NCBI GenBank assembly: GCA_965223155.1
Contig: CBDCVR010000013.1
Span: forward strand, 256,001 to 320,000
DNA length: 64,000 nucleotides
From: Candidatus Multivoradales bacterium
GTDB lineage: Bacteria; Acidobacteriota; Thermoanaerobaculia; Multivoradales; JAHEKO01
Reading direction: 5' to 3'
Positions 40,531 through 47,771 of this stretch are shown here, in pieces. Every line of letters starts with the position of its first letter. Position 1 is the first letter of the stretch. A model generated the notes under the pieces. That model had not been told where the DNA came from. It saw only the letters and a program-made list of their open reading frames with translations, and did not search any database. The translations under genes were made by a program, and so were the position numbers.

Positions 40531-41154
40531 GTGGCGAAGAAGCTGTACTTCAAGATCGGCGAAGCGTGCAAGCGGCTGGACATCCAGCCCTATGTGCTGC
40601 GCTATTGGGAGACCGAGTTCAGTGCCCTGAGCCCGGATAAGAGCAAGTCGGGCCAGCGGGTCTACTCCGAGGCGGATTTGCGCGTCATCGCCCGCATCAA
40701 GGAGCTCCTCTACGACGAGGGCTACACCATTGCGGGCGCGAAAAAGAAGCTCGAGAAGGAAGACCTGAGCGACCTGCCTCCGGTGGGTGCCAAGGCCGCC
40801 GCCCCCCCCAAGGCGGACACAGAGGACGTGGACGAGCTGGCTTCCGAGGAAGAGGACGGCGCCGCAGCCGACGCCAGGGCCTCCAGCGATGCGAACGACG
40901 AGGCCAAGGCGGCAGCCGAGCCCGAGCCAGCGAAGCCCGGAACCAAAGCTGCCGCCAAGCGGCCCGCGCCGGCCACGACGTCGAGCTCCAAGCCCGCCAA
41001 GAAGAAGACTCCCCCTAAAGCCCCGAAGAAGGCTCCGAAGAAAGCTGCGAAGAAGGCCTCGCCCAAGCCCAGCGCCTCTGAAGCCAAGCTCCGCCGGGGC
41101 GTGCGCGAAGCGCTCAAAGAAGCCCAGGCGCTCCTGGATTCCCTGTCGGACTGA
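40531..41154 (+). CDS. MerR-family regulator with Lys/Ala/Pro-rich linker
   Basis: KLYFKIGE...PYVLRYWETEF...LLYDEGYTIAGAKK. Confidence 0.9.
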   Translation: MAKKLYFKIGEACKRLDIQPYVLRYWETEFSALSPDKSKSGQRVYSEADLRVIARIKELLYDEGYTIAGAKKKLEKEDLSDLPPVGAKAAAPPKADTEDVDELASEEEDGAAADARASSDANDEAKAAAEPEPAKPGTKAAAKRPAPATTSSSKPAKKKTPPKAPKKAPKKAAKKASPKPSASEAKLRRGVREALKEAQALLDSLSD

Positions 41155-41204
41155 TATGGAACTTGTGGACATCCAGGCCCAGATACGTGCTAGCTTTCTT
41201 CACT

Positions 41205-41293
41205 GACCGATCCTCCGTTGTATGCGGCTCTGCCGCGGTTCTCCGTTTGAAAGACCCACGGTAACCCGCGGACCTACAACCGGTGGATCGGTC
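41205..41293. ncRNA. candidate structured RNA (rod-like hairpin)
   Basis: GACCGATCC/GGATCGGTC, CCGTTGTA/TACAACCGG, CCGCGG/CCGCGG, CCGT/ACGG nested stems; extended -10-like TGCTAGCTT just upstream. Confidence 0.4.
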
Positions 41294-41479
41294 GTTCCAT
41301 ACTGTCTAGCCGGGCCGCTCTGGCCAGGCTCACCCGTCGAACGAACGGGTCCCCGTTGCGAGGGCCCTCGCCCTGCCGGGCCAGGTCGACCGGCTGATTC
41401 GAGCGAAGCGAACAGCACGCGCGGGAACGCCTTCCGGCTCGACAGGTCCCGGCGCCGTTGGGTAAAGTAGCCGACCGGT

Positions 41480-41556
41480 CGGGACGTGGCGCAGTCTGGT
41501 AGCGTACCTGAATGGGGTTCAGGGGGTCGCGAGTTCAAATCTCGCCGTCCCGACCA
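41480..41556 (+). tRNA. tRNA-Pro(GGG)
   Basis: CGGGACG/CGTCCCG acceptor stem, CCTGA-ATGGGGT-TCAGG anticodon arm, GTTCAA, encoded CCA. Confidence 0.97.
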
Positions 41557-41619
41557 TAACTTCCCTGGCTTCAATAACTTGCAGTGGCCCTAGAATGGGC
41601 CAGATGCGGCCCTTCGATA

Positions 41620-41639
41620 TGGGGCACTGGGTGGGGCAC
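41620..41639. repeat. direct repeat TGGGGCAC x2 (arm-site-like)
   Basis: 41620-41627 and 41632-41639, about 65 bp after the tRNA 3' end. Confidence 0.5.
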
Positions 41640-41949
41640 AAAGCGCCCAGTTTCCGCCCGGTTTACTAGGTATTATCGAGCCGATGGCCCGAGTAGTTCG
41701 AAGCGCAGCGGCTGGACGGGCCGAAGAGTCACGGTGCGCGTTGACCACCTGACCGTTGTTCGCGCTGCCACTCCGTCGTCTACCCGCAGCGGCATAGCAG
41801 CCAGACACGTGAGCCAAGAACCCGCAGATGACGAAACCCCACGAGAGGTAGGTGCCAGATGAGATGAGTCGGTCGGTCTCCAGCTGGGACACTGTGCCAG
41901 TTGGAGATAACCAAGGAATCGGCATCAGAGCCGAGAAAGGAGACCGACC

Positions 41950-42963
41950 ATGGAGTATGTTGGCATTGATGTTCACTCGAAGTACAGCGAGGTTTGCGGG
42001 ATATCGGAAGAGGGGGAAGTGACGCTTCGCCGGCGGATTCCGACTACGGAGACAGCCTTGCGCCGGTTCTTCGGTTGTCGTGAGCAGTCGCAGGTGACGC
42101 TCGAAAGCGGCCCGGTGACTCCTTGGGTGTACCGGTTGCTGTGTGAGCTGGGACACGAGGTGACGGTAGTCAACCCGCGGCGGGTGCGGCTGATCGCGGA
42201 GTCGACATTGAAGACCGACGGAATCGACGCCGAGGTGTTGGCTCGATTGAGCCGGTTGGATCTCGACCTCCTGCGTCCCGTGTACCAGCGTACGCGTGAG
42301 GCCCAGGAGCTTCGGGCCAGGCTTCGCGTACGTACGAGCCTGGTCAAAGCCAGGACATCGTTGATCAACGCGGTGCGTGGAACGTTGCGAGCTCAAGGGT
42401 ACCGAGTGCCATCGTGCCCGGCCAAGAGCTTCGTCGTGCGCTACGCATCGATGGGTCTCGACAGTTCTCTTGCGGAAACGATCGATCCTCTGGTGACGAC
42501 GATCGGCGAGTTGACGGATCGGATCAACCGGCTCGAGAAGGAGCTCGTAGCCGAGTCGAGCTCAAACGAGCTGTTGGTGCGGCTTCAGACGGTCCCTGGG
42601 GTGGGCCCCTTGGTGAGCTTGGCCTTCCTGGGTTGGATGGATCGCCCGGATCGGTTCAGAAAGAGTCGAGACGTGGGTGCGTGTTTGGGCTTGAGACCGT
42701 CGCTTCGAAGCTCAGGAGGACACGAGATCCGAGGCCGGATCACACGGGAGGGCGACGCCGAGATGCGAAGGCTTCTGGTTCAAGCGGCTCATGCGGCGTT
42801 GAACTGTCGCAAAGAGTCGTCGCTCAAGAACTGGGCTGAGAGCTTGGTCGAGAGGCTCGGCAAGGGCAAGGCCGTCGTGGCCCTAGCGAGGAAGATCGCA
42901 GTGTTGCTCCATCGGCTATGGGTAACGGGCGATACTTTCCGGGCGTTCCCCCAGGCGGTGTAG
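41950..42963 (+). CDS. IS110-family DEDD transposase/recombinase
   Basis: GIDVHS, LESG, KTDGIDA (DEDD), VPGVG, GLRP...SSGG Ser motif, ALARK. Confidence 0.96.
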   Translation: MEYVGIDVHSKYSEVCGISEEGEVTLRRRIPTTETALRRFFGCREQSQVTLESGPVTPWVYRLLCELGHEVTVVNPRRVRLIAESTLKTDGIDAEVLARLSRLDLDLLRPVYQRTREAQELRARLRVRTSLVKARTSLINAVRGTLRAQGYRVPSCPAKSFVVRYASMGLDSSLAETIDPLVTTIGELTDRINRLEKELVAESSSNELLVRLQTVPGVGPLVSLAFLGWMDRPDRFRKSRDVGACLGLRPSLRSSGGHEIRGRITREGDAEMRRLLVQAAHAALNCRKESSLKNWAESLVERLGKGKAVVALARKIAVLLHRLWVTGDTFRAFPQAV

Positions 42964-43009
42964 AGCCTAGAGAACATCAGGTCGCACCAGAAAGGAAGGA
43001 CGGATTGAA

Positions 43010-43148
43010 AGTTTCGATGACTCCGAGAAAAGGGTTGGAGGCCAGGACTCCGCGTGCCAGATGGGAGCATCGAATCCTCAACGGACGAAAAACTCACCAT
43101 GCACCGGTCCAAGAAAGGACCCGCCAGAGTGCGAATAGAAGCTCGTCC
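43010..43148 (+). ncRNA. predicted bridge/seek RNA of IS variant 1
   Basis: Two stem-internal loop-hairpin units; guides GAAAAGGGTT (43027-36), GTGCCAG (43054-60), ATAGAAG (43135-41); boundaries approximate. Confidence 0.75.
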
Positions 43149-43286
43149 TGAGGCTCCATCCGAGACCCGAAACACATGGGGAGACGATGACAGACACCTT
43201 GACCGAAACGACCGACTCATAGAAGCCTTTCCGCGAAAGCTAGTCAGTAGTTGACGTTTTCGAAAAGGGTGGTGCCTATTCTTGGG

Positions 43287-43326
43287 GGCACAGTGTCCCA
43301 GCTGGAGACCGACCGACCCATCTCAT
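43287..43326 (-). mobile_element. truncated left end of another IS110 copy
   Basis: 40 nt with 1 mismatch to the IS left end; outer flank TAGGTTCCAG resembles the variant 1 target. Confidence 0.85.
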
Positions 43327-43352
43327 CTGGAACCTATCGATGGGAGGTCAGG

Positions 43353-43658
43353 TCAGGAGGAACCCATAATAGAGCTAAGTACCTCTAAGAGAAGGCACGA
43401 AAAGGCTGCCATCAGGAAGATAGACAGTGCGCAGTACAAGACCGACAGGACTGCTAACCAAGGGTCGCCCAACCGAAGTGGTCTGAAGCTGTACATGTAG
43501 CGCCAGAACCGGACGGTCTGCTGGGACGTCATAAAGTTTGAAGGCTTGCCCGCTCGTTGCCACTCATCTTCGTGATATTTCCGAAGTCGCCGCAACAAGG
43601 CCACCCCCACAAACATGGCTGGAAGCATCGCCGCGAAGAAGGCTATCTCAAGGCTCAT
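43353..43658 (-). CDS. small two-TM membrane protein (UspB-like layout)
   Basis: TM-LRRLRKYHEDEW...FWRYMY...-TM; lower GC. Confidence 0.65.
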   Translation of the reverse strand: MSLEIAFFAAMLPAMFVGVALLRRLRKYHEDEWQRAGKPSNFMTSQQTVRFWRYMYSFRPLRLGDPWLAVLSVLYCALSIFLMAAFSCLLLEVLSSIMGSS

Positions 43659-43685
43659 AGAGGTGGCCCCCCTTGTTCGGACAGT

Positions 43686-45056
43686 GAGTTATCGTCAAAT
43701 GTTGTGTACGGGTGACTCAGGCGGCGATCCGGTTCTTGGGTTCTCCATCAACGAATTTGACACCTCGGACAACGTCGGCGATTCGCTTGTAGCCCTGTAG
43801 CCGCCGCCATCGTTTCTCGGCACTCTGGCTCAGCTTGAAGACCATCGAGAGCATGGTCTCGCGGGAGAGACAACCACGGGTCTTGGCCGTTCGAAGGCGT
43901 ACGGTGGCAAAGGTCGACTCGATCGGGTTCGTGGTCCTGAGATGGACCCAATGCTCGGCCGGGAAATCGTAGAAGGTCAGCAGGACCTTGCGATCCTTGG
44001 CCAGGCAACGCGTCGCCTTCGGGTACTTGGCCCCGTAGGTCGACAGGAAGGCATCGAAGGCTCGCTCGGCAGCCTCGCGCGTTTCGGCCATCCAGACCTG
44101 GTGCAGCGCCTGCTTGGCCTTTGGCTGGACGGCCTTGGGCATCTTGTTCAAGACGTTGCCGGTCTTGTGGACCCAGCAACGCTGGGTCTTGGTGTTGCTC
44201 CAGACCTGAGCCAGGGCCTTCCAGAAGCCCAGAGCGCCGTCACCGGTCGCCAGCTTCGGCTCGATGGCAAGCCCTCGCGCTTCGAGTCCACGCAAGAGCT
44301 CGAGCCAGGAAGCCTCGCTCTCGCGGTAGCCGTCTTCGACGGCGATGAGCTCCTTGGTGCCGTCCTCGGTGGCGCCAATCAGTACCAGCAGGCACAGCTT
44401 CGCGTCGTCCAGACGAGCCTTGGTATGGATCCCATCCGCCCACACGTAGACGTAGCGCTTGGAGGACAAGTCCCGGGTGCGCCAGTCGGTGTACTCCTTG
44501 GCCCAGACTTTCTTCAGACGGCTGATCGTCGCGGCTGACAACCCCGGGGCGTCGGGGCCTACCAGAGCTTCCAGGGCATCGGAGAAATCTCCGGTGGAGA
44601 TGCCGCGCAGATAGAGCCACGGCAGCAGCTCCTCGACGCTCTTGGCCCGTCTGAGATACGGAGGCGCGATCTTCGAGCGAAAGACCAACTCACCTTCACG
44701 ATCCCGAACCCGAGGCACCTTCACCGGCACACCTCCGATTCCCGTCTGGATCTCACGCTCGCGCAGGTAGCCGTTGCGAACCATGCGGCGCCGGCCATCT
44801 TCCGTTTGCTCGCCTCGGTACTCGGCCAGGAAGCTCTCGACCTCGGCTTCGATCGCTTCGCGAAGCAACTCGCGTGAGCCGCGGCGAAGCACTTCGGTCA
44901 AGGCATCTCTCGAACTCTCTGATCGGTCAATCGAAACTACGTTACTCTTGCTCAAGGCGTATCCTCCTTCTTTGAGGGTTTGAATCCGATTTGGAAAACC
45001 GGACTCAGGATACGCCGCCTTCATCTCAACTCATACACAACTTTCGACCATAGCTC
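43686..45056 (-). mobile_element. IS256-family element
   Basis: 28-bp imperfect terminal IRs (22/28), 9-bp TSD TCGGACAGT (43677-85, 45057-65). Confidence 0.95.
43717..44955 (-). CDS. IS256-family transposase
   Basis: RNGY, VPRVRDR, YVWADG, GDGALGF, QRCWVHK, RTTNPIES; TTG start with GGAGG RBS. Confidence 0.95.
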   Translation of the reverse strand: MSKSNVVSIDRSESSRDALTEVLRRGSRELLREAIEAEVESFLAEYRGEQTEDGRRRMVRNGYLREREIQTGIGGVPVKVPRVRDREGELVFRSKIAPPYLRRAKSVEELLPWLYLRGISTGDFSDALEALVGPDAPGLSAATISRLKKVWAKEYTDWRTRDLSSKRYVYVWADGIHTKARLDDAKLCLLVLIGATEDGTKELIAVEDGYRESEASWLELLRGLEARGLAIEPKLATGDGALGFWKALAQVWSNTKTQRCWVHKTGNVLNKMPKAVQPKAKQALHQVWMAETREAAERAFDAFLSTYGAKYPKATRCLAKDRKVLLTFYDFPAEHWVHLRTTNPIESTFATVRLRTAKTRGCLSRETMLSMVFKLSQSAEKRWRRLQGYKRIADVVRGVKFVDGEPKNRIAA

Positions 45057-45088
45057 TCGGACAGTTCGGCGGCAGTGAATTCGGAGTG

Positions 45089-45169
45089 AATTCGGTGACA
45101 GGATACATATTTCGAGTGTCCCTCTGCGGCCGGATTCTTCCCTTGAAATTGGTATCCTGTCACCGAATT
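45089..45169. repeat. palindromic repeat family A, copy 1 (intact, 81 bp)
   Basis: Perfect 18-bp IR AATTCGGTGACAGGATAC / GTATCCTGTCACCGAATT around a conserved 45-bp spacer. Confidence 0.92.
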
Positions 45170-45179
45170 TCCCCCCAGC

Positions 45180-45524
45180 GTGGAATCCGATGGATTGCAC
45201 ACTCTCGTAGTGCCGTCGCGGGAGCGGAGCAGCGGTCAGCCTCAGGTCGACTTCTCAGTCGAGTATCCGCCCTGGGACGGGAGCCTTGACGACTCCAGAC
45301 TAGCGCCGCCCCCGGGCGTAAGCGGTGGCGGGATCTGGACGGTCCCTATATTCAAAGCGAACCGCCTGTGGGCTCCAGAACGCGCGGAGTTGGTCGGAGT
45401 GGCGAGGAGCTGGTCGCGGCAGAACAAGGAGCTCGTCTGCGTGCGTATAGAGGAGTGGCTCGCGATCCTTCGGCAAGACGTCGGCGATCTAGCGCCCGCT
45501 ATTGACGCGGCGGCTGGCCAGTAG
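45180..45524 (+). pseudogene. C-terminal fragment of a trypsin-like serine protease
   Basis: PGVSGGGIW...ELVGVA...CVRIEEWL resembles the catalytic-Ser half; begins right after repeat A. Confidence 0.5.
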
Positions 45525-45529
45525 CTATC

Positions 45530-46249
45530 TCAGTCCGCGCAGTTGTTGTACCGGAGCGTGTTCGCCTTCCACTCGTCGCGAGCGCTGCACCCGGCAACGT
45601 ACTCCTCAAGAAGGACGCGACACCGCGCTGGCGAGGGCGCGTGAAGGCCTGCCAACGTTGCGATCTCCCCGATCATCTCGTCCTGCGAATGGACCCAGTC
45701 AACTGCTAGAACGTCGGCTTTGGTCTCGACGTCAACGGCTGCTGGCAGGTCGGACCGGAGCGATGAATCGACAACCAAGAGAGCTCCGCGCGGGCGCTTT
45801 TGGCTGAGCTTGTAGGAGTTGATCAACGCACTGCCCATAACCGGGAAGATCGTCATCAGGCCTTCGCCCATCCTGATCACACCATCCGTCGACTTCGCCA
45901 TGACCGAATCGGGGTAGCAGCCCTGTACATCCGCGAAGCCACCCGTCGACAGAGCTGCTCTCGCAACGCCTCCACCGGCGAGAACGTGCCGAAGTACGCC
46001 GATCGCAACGGCGACGGGTTTCCCCAGCGCCTGTTCGCCAAAGCTCGGAACGACTACGAAGCCATCGCCAAGCTGGTGGGCAAACAGGCGATGCGGCTCC
46101 TCCGCGAGGCACATCGCGCCAATGCGGTGAATCGCCTCCATTAGTCGACCAAGGCGCACTAGAGCCTCAGCCTGGTGCATGGCGTACGTATCAGAGAACC
46201 CCTCGAGATCGAGATAGAGGGACCACTTGTCTTCGCCAGTCCGCCACAT
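45530..46249 (-). CDS. divergent class III nucleotide cyclase-like protein
   Basis: LYLDLEGFS, QLGDGFVVV, RAALSTG, VMGSALINSYKL; ATG 46249 (the longer ORF runs into the IS). Confidence 0.6.
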   Translation of the reverse strand: MWRTGEDKWSLYLDLEGFSDTYAMHQAEALVRLGRLMEAIHRIGAMCLAEEPHRLFAHQLGDGFVVVPSFGEQALGKPVAVAIGVLRHVLAGGGVARAALSTGGFADVQGCYPDSVMAKSTDGVIRMGEGLMTIFPVMGSALINSYKLSQKRPRGALLVVDSSLRSDLPAAVDVETKADVLAVDWVHSQDEMIGEIATLAGLHAPSPARCRVLLEEYVAGCSARDEWKANTLRYNNCAD

Positions 46250-46373
46250 TGAGGTCAACGGTTGCTGTGGAATTCGGTGACAGATGAGATGAGTCGGTCG
46301 GTCTCCAGCTGGGACACTGTGCCAGTTGGAGATAACCAAGAATCGGCATCAGAGCCGAGAAAGGAGACCGACC

Positions 46374-47387
46374 ATGGAGTATCTTGGCATCGATGTTCAC
46401 TCGAAGTACAGCGAGGTGTGTGGCGTATCAGAAGACGGTGAGGTGACGGTTCGCCGGCGGGTTCCGACGACCGAGACGGGCCTGCGAAGGTTCTTCGCCA
46501 ATCGGGAACGCTCGCAGGTGACGCTCGAGAGCGGTCCGGTCACACCCTGGGTCTATCGACTGCTGTCTGAGCTCGGCCATGAGGTGATGGTGGTCAATCC
46601 ACGCCGGGTACGTCTGATCGCGGAATCGACCCTGAAGACGGACGGAATCGACGCCGAGATCCTGGCTCGTTTGAGCCGGTTGGATCTGGGTTTGCTTCGA
46701 CCAGTCTACCAGCGCACAGGTGAGGCCCAAGAGCTTCGGACGCGTCTTCGGGTCCGAACGAGTCTGGTGAAGACCAGGACCTCGCTGATCAACTCCGTAC
46801 GCGGAACGCTGCGGGCACAGGGCTACCGAGTGCCCTCATGTCCGGCGAAGAGCTTCGTGGCTCGGTACGCGTCGATGTCGGTCGAAGCCGGCCTGTTGGG
46901 AGCGCTCGAACCTCTGGTAACGACAATCGGCGAGCTGACCGATCGGATCCACCATCTCGAAGACGACCTCATCTCCGAGTCGAGATCAAACGAGCTGGTC
47001 CGTCGGCTGCAGACGGTTCCTGGTGTGGGGCCTCTGGTGAGCCTTGCGTTCGTCGGCTGGATGGATCGTCCGGATCGGTTCGAGAAAAGCCGCGACGTCG
47101 GAGCGTGTCTGGGCTTGAGACCGTCGCTTCGCAGCTCAGGAGGGCATGAGGTCAGGGGCCGGATCACTCGCGAGGGCGACTCGGAGATGCGCAGACTCTT
47201 GGTGCAGGCAGCTCATGCGGCGTTGAACTGTCGCAAAGAGTCGTCACTCAAGAGATGGGCTGAGGGCCTGGTCGAGAGGCTGGGTAAGGGCAAGGCCGTG
47301 GTCGCGCTAGCTAGGAAGATCGCGGTGTTGCTCCACAGGCTGTGGGTGACAGGTGAGAGCTTCCGAGCCTTTCCCAAGGCAGCGTAG
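46374..47387 (+). CDS. IS110-family DEDD transposase/recombinase
   Basis: Same motifs as variant 1; about 86% aa identity by manual count; AGGAG RBS. Confidence 0.96.
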   Translation: MEYLGIDVHSKYSEVCGVSEDGEVTVRRRVPTTETGLRRFFANRERSQVTLESGPVTPWVYRLLSELGHEVMVVNPRRVRLIAESTLKTDGIDAEILARLSRLDLGLLRPVYQRTGEAQELRTRLRVRTSLVKTRTSLINSVRGTLRAQGYRVPSCPAKSFVARYASMSVEAGLLGALEPLVTTIGELTDRIHHLEDDLISESRSNELVRRLQTVPGVGPLVSLAFVGWMDRPDRFEKSRDVGACLGLRPSLRSSGGHEVRGRITREGDSEMRRLLVQAAHAALNCRKESSLKRWAEGLVERLGKGKAVVALARKIAVLLHRLWVTGESFRAFPKAA

Positions 47388-47429
47388 AAGAGATAACTAG
47401 ACGACCAACAAGCAAGGACGGATTGAGAG

Positions 47430-47566
47430 GTTCGATGACTCCGAAAGTATCCTTGGTGGCCCCGACACCGTGTGACAGATGGGAGCATCGATTCCTAAAC
47501 GGACGCAAAACTCACCATGCACCGGTTCAAAGAAGAACCCTACAGAGTGCGAATAGAAGCTCGTCC
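47430..47566 (+). ncRNA. predicted bridge/seek RNA of IS variant 2
   Basis: Guides GTATCCT (47447-53), GTGACAG (47472-78), ATAGAAG (47553-59); compensatory stem changes vs variant 1. Confidence 0.8.
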
Positions 47567-47665
47567 CAAGCCTCGATCCAAACCTAAGGAAAACTACAAA
47601 AAGAAGAAACGAAACTCTTGACGCCAACCGACCGACTCATAGAAGGATACATATTTCCTGACGGT

Positions 47666-47746
47666 TCCGGTGACAGGATACATATTTCGAGGGTCCCTCT
47701 GCGGCCGGATTCTTCCCTTGAAATAGGTATCCTGTCACCGGATTTC
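47666..47746. repeat. palindromic repeat family A, copy 2 (preceded by an extra IS-occupied arm)
   Basis: 16-bp IR TCCGGTGACAGGATAC / GTATCCTGTCACCGGA, same spacer as copy 1. Confidence 0.92.
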
Positions 47747-47771
47747 CAGTGGAATTCCGGCTCGGCTCGCG

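Larger units (their letters stand above)
41859..43225 (+). mobile_element. IS110-family (IS1111 group) element, variant 1
   Basis: Sub-terminal IRs ATGAGTCGGTCG (41864-41875) / CGACCGACTCAT (43209-43220), AG core at both junctions, no long TSD, long 3' non-coding end. Confidence 0.92.
41849..43278. repeat. palindromic repeat family B (~63 bp when rejoined), interrupted by IS110 copy 1
   Basis: TAGGTGCCAG^CCTTTC ... GAAAAGGGTGGTGCCTA imperfect inverted arms with an internal GTCA/TGAC stem. Confidence 0.55.
46284..47645 (+). mobile_element. IS110-family (IS1111 group) element, variant 2, copy a
   Basis: 14-bp sub-terminal IRs (46289-46302 / 47627-47640); inserted in GGTGACAG^GATAC. Confidence 0.95.
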
